From assembly GCA_033763455.1 (NCBI GenBank), contig JANRKO010000006.1, positions 512,001 through 576,000 on the forward strand: a stretch of 64,000 bases of DNA, read 5' to 3'. Both the position numbers and the translations under genes were made by a program. The notes under the pieces are model-generated. The model was not told the origin of the DNA. It was given only the letters and a program-made list of their open reading frames with translations, and did no database searches. The stretch's first letter is position 1. Each line of letters starts with the position of its first letter. This stretch comes from Polyangiaceae bacterium (lineage in GTDB: Bacteria; Myxococcota_A; Polyangia; Polyangiales; Polyangiaceae). Positions 1 to 9,566 of the stretch are shown piece after piece.

Positions 1-14
1 ACGAAGGCTTGGCG

Positions 15-398
15 TCAGGACTTGAACACTTGAAGGCCAATTTTTTGAGCCATTTGCGAAAAGATCGCATCACCTGACCAGAGCTCGGCTTGGGCATCGA
101 ATGCACATTGGGCCACGTGGGCATCCGGAGTCGAAACCGACAACCCGAGGCGGCGACACTTGGCTCGCAGCTCCCCGACGGAACACCAGTGCTCAAGGGG
201 CGTGGGGTGAAGAGGCAAGTCCTCAAGCACCCGCCGGATGGCAGCTCGTTCCCGGGGGCTCAACGGGGCGCTCAGGAGCTCAGCCGCCACCACTGGCACG
301 AGCAAGACCCGTCCATCCTCCAGAAGCGAATCGAGCGCACCGGCGCCGGTGCCGCGGAAGTACTCAACCCAGATCGAGGTATCAACGACCACGTTCAC
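15..398 (-). CDS. vapC: PIN-domain toxin (VapC family)
   Basis: GTG start at 398 gives MNVVVDTSIWVE...AELL...PDAHV...WSGD with the acidic PIN residues; ~127 aa; overlaps upstream small ORF. Confidence 0.85.
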   Translation of the reverse strand: MNVVVDTSIWVEYFRGTGAGALDSLLEDGRVLLVPVVAAELLSAPLSPRERAAIRRVLEDLPLHPTPLEHWCSVGELRAKCRRLGLSVSTPDAHVAQCAFDAQAELWSGDAIFSQMAQKIGLQVFKS

Positions 399-594
399 GC
401 GAGACTCCAAGATCGATGTCAAGGTTGAGCTTCCCGCGTAGGGCCTTGGCGCGTGTGGCGGCCTGACGCCGGCGGAGAAGCTCAAGCCCTTCAATGATGG
501 TCTCGGTGATGCCCGTGCCAGAAACTCGCTGGGCAGTGCCGAGGAGGTCCGCCGGGAGATTCACGGTGACGCGTTTCACGGGTCCTTCATGCAT
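382..594 (-). CDS. Putative antitoxin (VapB-like)
   Basis: 70 aa MHEGPVKRVTVNLPADLL..., RHH-like N-terminus, overlaps the PIN gene start by 17 bp. Confidence 0.75.
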   Translation of the reverse strand: MHEGPVKRVTVNLPADLLGTAQRVSGTGITETIIEGLELLRRRQAATRAKALRGKLNLDIDLGVSRERGR

Positions 595-744
595 ACCACT
601 ATCCTGATGGGCGTATGTACGTCCGTCAAGCACGAGGTGAACGTCCACTTTCGAGGAACGGCTAGCTTCGGCGTCACAGCGCAGCTCGGTTCTAAACGGC
701 TCTAGCGCGAAACCCGCCCGCTGACTTACGCTCGATCGTGGCGG

Positions 745-1049
745 ATGGTTCCCCTTCTACTGATCGGAAGCGGCTCACGAGTGAAGAGCTGCGCCGCCGT
801 GGCCGAGGCCAATGAGATCCTCAACAATGAACCCGCCGAGGTAGTCTTCCTAGCCAATGCTGATCGGTCCAATTGGTCCGCGCTGGAGTCCTTTGGGGAG
901 CGTTGGCCCGGGCTTCCGGTGGTGATCTTGGGGGAAGCGGGGGCTGACCCAAGCTCTGCACAACAAGCGCTGGGGCAGGGGCCGCAGATTACTTGGAGCC
1001 GCGCTTTAGCTCCGAACAGGGAACCGCAGTGTGGCCGCGCGGCTCTTGA
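745..1049 (+). pseudogene. Decayed response-regulator receiver domain
   Basis: EANEILNNEPAEVVFL...WPGLPVVILG...AQQALGQG, continuing in another frame from ~978 as GAADYLEPRF (resembles GAxDYLxKPF); no phospho-acceptor Asp. Confidence 0.5.
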
Positions 1050-1215
1050 ACGTGAGCCGCTCCACTTTGTACAACAAGCTCCAAGAACACGGGATGCTTT
1101 AAGGAGCGTACGAGCATCAGTTGACACCCCTGCCAACTCAGTTTGCTACCTTAGGGGGCGGATGGGGAATTTGCCGCGGCGTTTGACTGGCACCGTAGTT
1201 GCTTCCGTTTGGGCG

Positions 1216-2415
1216 ATGCGCGGTGTGCTCAATGGCGGATTGCTTGCTGGCTTCCTTCTAACTGGTTGTTCCGACTACCTCTCGGATGCGGACTCAGGCG
1301 GGCAGGTGAGCCTTATGCTCGACCTTACGGGTGCGGAAAGAGAAGCAATCGTCTTCACGCTTGACGATTCTCCGAACGCATCGGCACTTCGAACGGAGTT
1401 GGCCTCGCAGTTTCTGAAGTACACAGCGTACCAGCGGGTGGCGGAAGATCCTGCAAGGTGGGAGGCAGTCTCACTGGATGTGGTTATCGTGAGGCCGTCG
1501 GAGCCACCCTCGACGCGTTTTCACACCTCTGTTGACGATCCGCGCCTGCACTGGGAATCGCCCAACCGTACCCCGGCAGGGGCGAAGCATTTTCAAGCAG
1601 GAGTGGCGGCGGCGATCCAAGAGTCTATTGGAGATGGGGCCGCTCCTTTGGCCCTCCTCGAAAGCTGGGCTAGAGCTACGGACTTGATGATGGAGCGAGA
1701 AGTGTCTGTGACCCCCGGCGAACGACGGCTTGTTGAGGTCACTACGCGCGACTTCCCGGCCATTGCTTCATATCTTCTGACCGCCAATGACGACCGAAGC
1801 CCGCTCCCTGCCGCCGCTTACCAGCGAGAGTATACCCCCGCCGCGTGGAGCGCATCGGTGATCTGGGCTGGAGGGGAGAGGGCAAAGAAATGTGAATCCA
1901 AGGTCGCGAATGCGCTGCCGAGGCTAAACGGCTGGCTCAATAAGAACGATCGCGTTGAACACTGGCCGTGCGAGGATTCGTGGGTGTTCGCCCGCGGAGT
2001 TGCTGACGGCTATCCGCGCTGCATTGATCCCAGTATCGCGGTGGTTGACGGGCAGGCTCAGTGTCGCATTCTGGTCGACACTCGGGGCAGCTGCGCGACA
2101 GCAAGGGGATGGGATAACTCCATGGGGAGCAACGAAATGCGTGTCCCGAGCTTCGTGAATAATTCGAGTGGGCTTCGCACTTGCGAAATGGTTCAGCTCG
2201 AAGGGGCCGCGCTTGAAAGTTGTCGACACGATTTGCAGTGCACTGACTGCAAGCCAGGCTGGTGCTGGACGGAGGTCCCAGAGCTCACACGCGCTCGGGC
2301 ATGCCGGGAGGGATCGGTTCCCTTTTCACGCTTCCGGATGGTGCTGGGTGCTGACATGGCTGACAGCGCTTATGCCGGTCCGGTGCGCATCACGTGCAAC
2401 CTCGCACCGAAGTAA
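1216..2415 (+). CDS. Cys-rich lipoprotein of unknown function
   Basis: Lipobox LLTG|C after a hydrophobic stretch; Cys-rich C-terminus; start is 1216 or 1162 rather than 745. Confidence 0.7.
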   Translation: MRGVLNGGLLAGFLLTGCSDYLSDADSGGQVSLMLDLTGAEREAIVFTLDDSPNASALRTELASQFLKYTAYQRVAEDPARWEAVSLDVVIVRPSEPPSTRFHTSVDDPRLHWESPNRTPAGAKHFQAGVAAAIQESIGDGAAPLALLESWARATDLMMEREVSVTPGERRLVEVTTRDFPAIASYLLTANDDRSPLPAAAYQREYTPAAWSASVIWAGGERAKKCESKVANALPRLNGWLNKNDRVEHWPCEDSWVFARGVADGYPRCIDPSIAVVDGQAQCRILVDTRGSCATARGWDNSMGSNEMRVPSFVNNSSGLRTCEMVQLEGAALESCRHDLQCTDCKPGWCWTEVPELTRARACREGSVPFSRFRMVLGADMADSAYAGPVRITCNLAPK

Positions 2416-2512
2416 CCCGTCCCACTAGGCCCCCATTTCCTGGCTTTACTGAGCATTTCGCGTGCTTTTTGAGGCCGTCCACTGGGGAGTATATTCCCGC
2501 CGCATAGTTGCG

Positions 2513-2540
2513 ACCATTCGGGAGTTGGTTCCCGAATGGT
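2513..2540. other. Perfect 11-bp inverted repeat with 6-nt loop
   Basis: ACCATTCGGGA-gttggt-TCCCGAATGGT, intergenic. Confidence 0.7.
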
Positions 2541-2985
2541 GCGACGGCCCTCAAGGTAGAGTGGGGAAGTAGATCGAGGTCTGCTAAAGCTGATTCAGGC
2601 GCATCTCAGCGAGCGCATCGTGCTTGAAGCCAAGCTTTCCGACCCCACGTTGAGCCCGAACCTCGAAGCGCCCGGGCGTTTCTATCCGAGCCTGCGGCTC
2701 GTCTGCAAGCTAGAGGGTGGCGCCCGCACATTTCCTGCGGGCGCGTCGGCGGGCGGTGCGGCAGCGTGGCTCGTTCAAATTGACCAAGCGATCCACGTTT
2801 AAACGCCCACGTGTTGGCAAGCGAGGAAGTGTCCGGATTGTTGCACACTTGTTTTGGCAGGGCCGGATTCGCGCAGTGCCTCCCTGCCGCGTCGGAGCGC
2901 TGAGTGAGGCAAATGCTCTTCGCGGGGGCTGAGGCACCGTGCCTCCGCTGCACTTGGTGAGAAGGTGCGGCCAAAGCCCTAGAAA

Positions 2986-3957
2986 CTAAGGATACTCGCG
3001 GCGGCCATCCAGGTATTGCACCATCGATAAGGAAAGCTCAACGTTGCGTGCCTCTAAGCTATCGAGCAGCTGCGCTTTGGTCCGACACCCCACGATAGGG
3101 AATGTTGGAAAGGGTTGGGCCATGAGGTAACCAAGCACGATTTGGGTCAGGCTTCGGGAGGTAGCTTCGGCAACATGCTGGGCTCGCCGCATGCGCTCGC
3201 GGTTAACCTCACTTTCGAACATGCGATCCAAGCTGCCGGGCACTCGAGCCAGCTCTTTAGCTTTGTGAAACCAGCCGCCAGCTTGGGAGCCGTAGGCCGC
3301 GCATGCCAGGCCTGTCTGCTCGTGGTAGGCAAACATTGCCTCGTCCATTGCCAGCGACGTTGGATCCGAAAGCCGCGAAGCTTCTACGTGAGCCAGGCTA
3401 AAGCGCACCTGGTTAGCGCAAAATCCCATGCATTTTTGGACGTCTCGGTAGGCTGCGGCTTCGGCGATGCGCGCCACCGACCAGTTTGAGCAAGCGAAGT
3501 AGCGGATCTTGCCGGCCTGAACCTCTGCGTTCAATGCATCCAAAATCTCCGCTACCGGTCGGGTCGGATCGTCGCGGTGCAGCCAATAGAGATCGATGTA
3601 ATCTGTGTCAAGGTGGCTCAGGCTGGCGTTGATGTCGGCACGCAGCTCAGCTGGCGAGAGACGTGGAACGTGCATCGTGCTGAGTTCCGGGTGGCAGCCT
3701 TTGGTGGCAATAGTGAGGGACGCCCGGTTCCTTCGCTCCCGCACCCAGGCACCAATCGTTTTTTCGCTTTGGCTTTTTTCGCCTGGCAACCAATCACTGT
3801 ACACTTTTGCCGTGTCGAGAAACGTTCCGCCGTGCTCGACATAGGTATCGAACAATTGGAAGGTGACGTGCGGTTCCGGATCCTTGCCCAGGGTTGCGCA
3901 CCCTAAAGCGATGCTGGAAGGAACGAGATCGGTGCCAGGGATGCGCTGGTACTTCAT
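2986..3957 (-). CDS. Aldo/keto reductase
   Basis: FLDTAKVY, IATKG, YIDLYWLHRDD, ACSNWS and PIVG motifs. Confidence 0.92.
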   Translation of the reverse strand: MKYQRIPGTDLVPSSIALGCATLGKDPEPHVTFQLFDTYVEHGGTFLDTAKVYSDWLPGEKSQSEKTIGAWVRERRNRASLTIATKGCHPELSTMHVPRLSPAELRADINASLSHLDTDYIDLYWLHRDDPTRPVAEILDALNAEVQAGKIRYFACSNWSVARIAEAAAYRDVQKCMGFCANQVRFSLAHVEASRLSDPTSLAMDEAMFAYHEQTGLACAAYGSQAGGWFHKAKELARVPGSLDRMFESEVNRERMRRAQHVAEATSRSLTQIVLGYLMAQPFPTFPIVGCRTKAQLLDSLEARNVELSLSMVQYLDGRREYP

Positions 3958-4029
3958 ATGGGCGAAGAACCTAGCCCACTAAGCCGGGCAAGGCTCCCAT
4001 CCGGTACTCAGCCTGCTGAAGTAACCCCC

Positions 4030-4070
4030 AAAAACGAAAACCCCCCGCGCCACAAGTGACGCGAGGGGCC
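4030..4070 (-). terminator. Intrinsic terminator of the SMP-30 gene
   Basis: GC-rich hairpin at 4043-4068 followed on the minus strand by TTTTCGTTTTT, ~30 nt after the stop. Confidence 0.75.
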
Positions 4071-4099
4071 TTCTACCTCCTCCACTTAAGATCAGAGAC

Positions 4100-5335
4100 T
4101 CACTGCGGATAACCGCGGACGTTCATGCGCACCTGCCAAACACCAGCCGCTTCTGGGCCGCCCCAGTTGGGGTTCGTCAAGAACAGCGTTTTGCCGTCGT
4201 CGCCACCGAACGTGACGTTCGTGTTGTAGTCGATTCCAGCGGGGGCGGGGATCTCACCGATACTCTGGCCCTGAGCGTTGAAAACCAGAAGGCGGTTGGG
4301 CCCGCCGACGGTCACGTAGATGTTGCCGGCGCAGTCGCGCGCCATACCATCGGTGCCCGCGATTGCCTCGGCCAACTCATTCGTCGCCGGGAAAAGGCGA
4401 ACGCCATTGCTGAGTTCGCCGTCTTCCGAAAGGTCAAAGCGGTAAGCGCCTTCAGCGCCGCCCACAAAGAGAGCCTTCTCATCCAAGCTCAGCATGATGC
4501 CATTGGGCTTGTTTCGCAGGTTAGTGCGCCCATCTGCCAGGGTGATATCGAGCGCGGTGACGTTACCTTCCGGATCCACCCGGTACACGCGCTCGCCCTC
4601 GGTGCGCAGAGGCGTATTTTGCCCGGTAATGGGATCGGTAACCCAATCGGGGAAATCACCGCCGCCCTGACGGGTGACCTTATAGTCTACGCCTGCCGGC
4701 ACGTTCCAGGATGGATCCGTGAAGTAGACCGTTCCGTCGCGGGCGATCGTGACGTCGTTCGGGGCATTGAAGGGCTTGCCATTGTACAGGCCAGCGACCG
4801 TTGTTGGCTTCTTTCCAGGGTTATTCCACTTGAAGCTGGTGACCGAACCATCCAGTTGACGGCCTGCGATCAGCTTGCCTTGGAAGCTTACGCCCATGCC
4901 GTTCGTTCCGGCCTTATCCACGTCGAGGAACTTCACCGCGGGCGTACCCGGCACGAGCTTCCAGATAACGCTGGCGTTGCCAGGCCCGATGTTCGAGTAG
5001 TAGAGCGCGCCGTTGAACCAGGTGGGGCCCTCGACGTTATCTTGCCCAACGCCACCCCAGTTGAGTGCAACGCCAGGTACGCGGGACCAGGCCGATTGCG
5101 CGGGGAAGCTGACCTGCACCTTGCGATCTGCTGCCTTGCAGAAGCGGTCGGGCGCAACGACGTTATCGTCATCATCCTCCTCTTCTTCTACGGCCTGATT
5201 CAGACTGCTGGGTGAAAGTTCGTCTGCACTGTCGCCCTCGGTGCCGGGTGCGGCACTGCAGCCCACGAGGGACGTGCCAGCGAGCAGGCAAGAACCTGCA
5301 AGGAGGGCAGAAACGCCCGACTTTAATGACTTCAT
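4100..5335 (-). CDS. SMP-30/gluconolactonase family lipoprotein
   Basis: EGPTW, TNGM, FNAPNDV, YFTDP, PNGI, DGM and TNVTFGG motifs; lipobox LVG|C; AAGGAG RBS before ATG 5335. Confidence 0.88.
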   Translation of the reverse strand: MKSLKSGVSALLAGSCLLAGTSLVGCSAAPGTEGDSADELSPSSLNQAVEEEEDDDDNVVAPDRFCKAADRKVQVSFPAQSAWSRVPGVALNWGGVGQDNVEGPTWFNGALYYSNIGPGNASVIWKLVPGTPAVKFLDVDKAGTNGMGVSFQGKLIAGRQLDGSVTSFKWNNPGKKPTTVAGLYNGKPFNAPNDVTIARDGTVYFTDPSWNVPAGVDYKVTRQGGGDFPDWVTDPITGQNTPLRTEGERVYRVDPEGNVTALDITLADGRTNLRNKPNGIMLSLDEKALFVGGAEGAYRFDLSEDGELSNGVRLFPATNELAEAIAGTDGMARDCAGNIYVTVGGPNRLLVFNAQGQSIGEIPAPAGIDYNTNVTFGGDDGKTLFLTNPNWGGPEAAGVWQVRMNVRGYPQ

Positions 5336-5708
5336 GATGTGACTCCTTAGGTTGGATTGAAAGTATGCATTGAGCCGCATTTTCAACACGCATCGCAAAG
5401 CCACGTGTGATTGCGACTTAAACCCCTGCTAACAACAAAGGCCCCGCTGCATCCGGGTGTGCGGATAGCACACACCGCGAAAGGGTGTAAATCAAAATCG
5501 CATTTGACATCAACCTGTAACGGCGTCGTTTTCGAAATCGTCGCCGTGCGAGTTGTGTCTGGGTTGCTAGCCGCTGGTTGCATAGCCGAAACGCTCATGC
5601 TGGTGAGCGAAGTTCAGGTTGAACGCAAGAATTTAGGATTTACCCAAACTCTACACCTTGAATTGCAGGCTCTCCGCGCCTCTAGATTCGATGTCGATCC
5701 TGTTGAGT

Positions 5709-5745
5709 TGTTCAAGCCTTGAGCAGAGTGTTCAAATGTTGAACA
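5709..5745. promoter_or_regulatory. Tandem palindromic operator or enhancer sites
   Basis: TGTTCAA-gcc-TTGAGCA (5709-5725) and perfect TGTTCAA-atg-TTGAACA (5729-5745), 20 bp apart. Confidence 0.6.
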
Positions 5746-5853
5746 ATCAGTGTTGAGAGCAATTATTCAGTGTCGGAAGCGTCTTCCGGGAGTGGCCCGA
5801 GCTGGAGCCGCCGCTGCCGTAAACTAGGATTCGCCTGTCGAATCCAGCAAAGG

Positions 5854-7245
5854 CTAACGTTCCCCCACACGTTTGCGTGGACGAACAATCTCGTATTCGC
5901 TTAAGCGGCTGATAAGAGTGCCTCGAGATATACCGAGCATTACTGCCGCCCGGGATTGATTCCCACCACAGTGGTCGAGTGCATCGAGAATGCGCTGGCG
6001 CTCTAAGTTGCGCAGGTTGTCTTTGAGGCGCGGAACAGGGGAGCTCTGGGGCCGCTCGGAGGCACGGGCGCTGCGGGCGCGGATGCGAGTGGGCAGGTGT
6101 TCTGGCTGGATGTTTTCACCGGCTCTGAGGGCCACGGCCTGTTCGATGGCGCTCCTTAGCTCCCGCACGTTACCAGGCCATGTATAGGCCAAGAGGAGCT
6201 GGCGTGCTTCGTGGGATAACGTTGGAACCCGCGTTATCCCAAGGTGCAAGCACATGTTCCGCGCAAAACGCTCGGCGAACGGGACGATTTCTTCGATCCG
6301 GTCACGGAGCGGCGGTATCGACAGGGTGACCCCGGCGATACGGTAAAATAGATCGGACCGAAAATTGCCGTCCGCACAGTGAGCCTCTAGATCTCGGTTG
6401 GTGGCCGCTATGAGTCGGTTATCCGCCGCGTACGGCGTGGTCCCGCCGGGACGCACCACCTGGCGTTCTTCCAGAACACGCAGTAATTGGGCTTGAGCGC
6501 TCATCGGCAGGTCGCCCACTTCATCCAAAAATACCGTACCTCCGTGTGCAGCTTCGAACAGCCCCGGACGCAACGAAACCGTGCCATTGGAGCCCGCTTT
6601 ATGTTCTCCAAACAACTCACCTTCGAGCAGGCTCTCGGGCAAGCTCGCGCAGTTTAATGGCATGAAAGGCTGCTTCGCGCGCGCCGAAGCCTTGTGGAGT
6701 GCGTGCGCTAGCACATCCTTGCCAACGCCCGCTTCTCCCACCAAAAGCACGCTGAGGTTGCTTTGGGCTGCTCGCAGCCCTCGCTGATACACCGCTTCCA
6801 TCGCCGGAGCACCAATGATGAGGCTGGTGTCGTCTTCGGCGGCGGCCGGTGTGGACCTGAGCAGGTCGGAAAGCAGCGAGTGCCTCTCCCTCTGCGCGCG
6901 CACGGAGGCCAAGAGCTCGCGCAGCTCGAACGGCTTGGTGAGGTAATCATCCGCACCACAGCGCATAGATGTTCGTAGATCCGCAGGCTGCGCTCCTCCG
7001 GACAACAAGATGAACGGGATCCCCGCGGTTTCAGGATAATCGCGAACTGCGCGCAGCACGTAGTGCCCATCCATAATCTGCGCCGAGACGTCACACACGA
7101 TCACGTCCGGATGTTGTGCTAAAGCAGCGGAAATCCCTGTCTTGGCGTCCGCGGCCCCGATACCTTCAAACCCTTCACCCAGCACCAGTTGTAACAGGCG
7201 CTCTCGGCTATCTTGATCGTCATTGATGACTAAGATCCGTTCCAT
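5854..7245 (-). CDS. NtrC-family response regulator (REC-AAA+-Fis HTH) with degenerate GAFTGA
   Basis: Receiver (VCD, TKPF), Walker A GEAGVGKD, FLDEVG, WPGNVREL, GNQSRAA HTH. Confidence 0.92.
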   Translation of the reverse strand: MERILVINDDQDSRERLLQLVLGEGFEGIGAADAKTGISAALAQHPDVIVCDVSAQIMDGHYVLRAVRDYPETAGIPFILLSGGAQPADLRTSMRCGADDYLTKPFELRELLASVRAQRERHSLLSDLLRSTPAAAEDDTSLIIGAPAMEAVYQRGLRAAQSNLSVLLVGEAGVGKDVLAHALHKASARAKQPFMPLNCASLPESLLEGELFGEHKAGSNGTVSLRPGLFEAAHGGTVFLDEVGDLPMSAQAQLLRVLEERQVVRPGGTTPYAADNRLIAATNRDLEAHCADGNFRSDLFYRIAGVTLSIPPLRDRIEEIVPFAERFARNMCLHLGITRVPTLSHEARQLLLAYTWPGNVRELRSAIEQAVALRAGENIQPEHLPTRIRARSARASERPQSSPVPRLKDNLRNLERQRILDALDHCGGNQSRAAVMLGISRGTLISRLSEYEIVRPRKRVGER

Positions 7246-7584
7246 ACGCCCGGCTGGAAAATCCTCTCGAAGACCCAGGGGGTCCCTTCGAGCACACAGT
7301 TCCCCACACCCGAGGGGAGCGCAATAGCTAGTTGTTTTGAGGGTAAATGGGGCAACCTATGTGGGCCACGCGGCCGGTTCTCTCATGCGCGCGTTGGTGA
7401 TAGTTAATTATTCGCATCAAAGTGCCAATTAGCTGCAAATCTTCCCTGCTTCCTTCGCGCGAGGGGGTTGCTTCCAGGTTCAGACATCGGGTGCGACTAA
7501 GGATCGATCTTTTGCGGTTGGGCGCCAAGCGGCGCTCGGTGTAGGAACGAGTTGCTAACTGGTGCCCGCCACGGGGAGGCAAAG

Positions 7585-7938
7585 GTGAAAGAGGAGAGAA
7601 GAAGGATCGAACAACGAGCAGTTAAACGAGCTGCGCTGAATCCTCCTCGCGGCCTCGAAGCGTTCACCTTTCGAGTGGATGATGAAGAGTATACGCTGTT
7701 CAGCTTTCCCCTGAGAGAGGTCGAAACCCCCGAGGGGCTGACGGAGGCAGAGCGAGAAGTGGTGCGGGCTGTGCTGGAAGGTCGCCGCAACGCAGAGATC
7801 GCTCGTGCTCGGGGAGCAGCGAGCAGTACTGTCGCGAATCAGCTCCAGTCCATTTACAGAAAGCTGGGCGTCTCAAATCGGCGAGAACTAATTCAGCGGT
7901 GCCTGCCGGGGCTGGTTAAAGGGAATGTTGGAGGATGA
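7585..7938 (+). CDS. Small LuxR-type HTH regulator
   Basis: LTEAEREVVRAVLEGRRNAEIARARG...TVANQLQSIYRKLGV; GGAGG before GTG 7585. Confidence 0.85.
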   Translation: MKEERRRIEQRAVKRAALNPPRGLEAFTFRVDDEEYTLFSFPLREVETPEGLTEAEREVVRAVLEGRRNAEIARARGAASSTVANQLQSIYRKLGVSNRRELIQRCLPGLVKGNVGG

Positions 7939-8138
7939 GAATCAGTGGCGGAGGTTACATTTGGGCCTGGATACAGCGCGAGCGTGGCAAAGCCAGTGTG
8001 GACGCAGATGCGGTGCGCGATCCAAAAGGAATGCTGCTCCATGCTGAGCGGAGCCTCGGCGCGCGCGCGGTTAGAGCGTTAGTTGACAATCGGGAGCGGC
8101 TGGGGTGCTCTCAACGCGTCTTGGGGCCACGAGGTTAG
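7935..8138 (+). pseudogene. Fragment paralogous to the middle of the downstream LuxR gene
   Basis: QRERGKASVDADAVRDPKGMLLHAERS aligns with QRGAGVVSVDADAVLTPEGKVLHAEPN encoded at ~8724-8805. Confidence 0.6.
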
Positions 8139-8147
8139 GCGGCAAGG

Positions 8148-9194
8148 ATGACGGCATTTATCGTTGGCGACCCCATCTGGATCGAGAATAGCGCGCGGCC
8201 GGTTAAGCGCGATTACCTGAAAATTCTGGACGCGGTGTACGATCTGCGGGCAGCCGATCAGGAATGGCTGACGGGAGTGCTTCGCGCGACAAATGCCGCC
8301 ATCGGGCGTGGCTGCGGCGCGTACGCCTTCTACTATGACGTTGCGGCAGATTTTACTCGGCTCTATGTGCAGAGTCCTGTGTTTCTGGATTGCCCGTCCG
8401 GCTTCCTGGAGGCGTGCATGTCGGCGGCACCAGAGGTCGGAAGTGAGCTCATCCGAGCGGCCTTCTTGGGTGCTGCCTGCAGGAGCTTTAGTGATGCCAA
8501 GGCCTCGCTTGGCCTTGTCGAACCAAGCGAAGCTGAACGCATCGTGCAGGCGGCCTCAGGCCTTGTGGATCAGTTCGTTGTAAATGCTTGGGAGACACCT
8601 GGCCACGGCACCGCTGTCTTGCTCTTGGCTGAGAAGCGCATGCCGTTTCCCCGCAGAAATGCGGCCATTATGACGAAAGTCTCGCGCCATATAGCTGCGG
8701 GGCGTCGCCTGCGGGAGTTCGTTCAGCGGGGCGCCGGCGTGGTTTCCGTGGATGCGGATGCGGTGCTCACTCCAGAGGGAAAAGTGTTGCACGCGGAGCC
8801 CAACTCTGCGGGCAAGCTCGAAAGGTCACAGCTTTCGGAAGCTGTGAGAGTGCTCGCGGAAAGTCGCCAGAGCCTGGCTAAATCCGATCCGGAGGCGGTG
8901 GTGCGGCTTTGGACGGCTCTTGTGCAAGGCCAATGGTCGCTCGTGAGCTCCGTAGACACCGATGGCAAGCGCTTTATGGTAGCGCGCCGCAATGCCCCGA
9001 GCTTTCGGGATCCGGCCGCGCTCACGCGCGAGGAACGCCACCTCGCTGTACTTTTTGCCGCCGGTCACCCAGGAAAGCTGGTGGCCTATGAGCTTGGGCT
9101 AGCGCCCTCCACCGTGTCGCAACGGCTGAAGTCGGTGTTGAGAAAGCTGAAGTTGCGTTCACTGGCCGAGCTCGTGCAAATCTTGGGACCGTGA
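8148..9194 (+). CDS. LuxR-family regulator with N-terminal sensor-like region
   Basis: C-terminal LTREERHLAVLFAAGHPGKLVAYELGLAPSTVSQRLKSVLRKL. Confidence 0.85.
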   Translation: MTAFIVGDPIWIENSARPVKRDYLKILDAVYDLRAADQEWLTGVLRATNAAIGRGCGAYAFYYDVAADFTRLYVQSPVFLDCPSGFLEACMSAAPEVGSELIRAAFLGAACRSFSDAKASLGLVEPSEAERIVQAASGLVDQFVVNAWETPGHGTAVLLLAEKRMPFPRRNAAIMTKVSRHIAAGRRLREFVQRGAGVVSVDADAVLTPEGKVLHAEPNSAGKLERSQLSEAVRVLAESRQSLAKSDPEAVVRLWTALVQGQWSLVSSVDTDGKRFMVARRNAPSFRDPAALTREERHLAVLFAAGHPGKLVAYELGLAPSTVSQRLKSVLRKLKLRSLAELVQILGP

Positions 9195-9227
9195 CATGGC
9201 CCCGATTCGGCAGTAGCCTGCCCCCCG

Positions 9228-9554
9228 ATGCAGCGCCACCGTTGGTTCCCTATCGTCGCAATCTTCATCGCCTTTGGCCCCCTTTCAGGGTGTTACCACT
9301 ACCGTGTTGCCCCAGTGCAAACTGTGCCCGCTGATGATGGCCACGCTGTGGTGCGTCACTCGATGTTTTGGGGCTTGATGCAGAGCCGTGCAGAGCAGCC
9401 CAATTGCCAAGGTAATGGCAGTGCCGAAGTGGTGGCTAGCTCCAACTTGGGGTTTGCTTTTATTTCCGTGGCCACGCTTGGGATCTGGATGCCCATGACG
9501 CTCGAATGGAAGTGCGCCAAGGATCGAGTGCGTGTGGAAACAGGCTTGGATTGA
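9228..9554 (+). CDS. Bor/Iss-family lipoprotein
   Basis: Lipobox LSG|C, FWGL, a Cys pair and TLGIWMP motif. Confidence 0.75.
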   Translation: MQRHRWFPIVAIFIAFGPLSGCYHYRVAPVQTVPADDGHAVVRHSMFWGLMQSRAEQPNCQGNGSAEVVASSNLGFAFISVATLGIWMPMTLEWKCAKDRVRVETGLD

Positions 9555-9566
9555 AGGGCAGAAGGC

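Noticed and set aside
745..1215. N-terminal part of the 556-aa ORF as real protein
   Set aside because: The lipoprotein signal begins at 1162 or 1216; the upstream part looks like a receiver remnant
2513..2540. dif site (11-6-11 geometry)
   Set aside because: The arms are a perfect palindrome and do not resemble the XerD arm TTATGTTAAAT
7412..7428. Sigma54 promoter TGGCAC...TGC on the minus strand
   Set aside because: GG-to-GC spacing is 9 nt rather than the required 10
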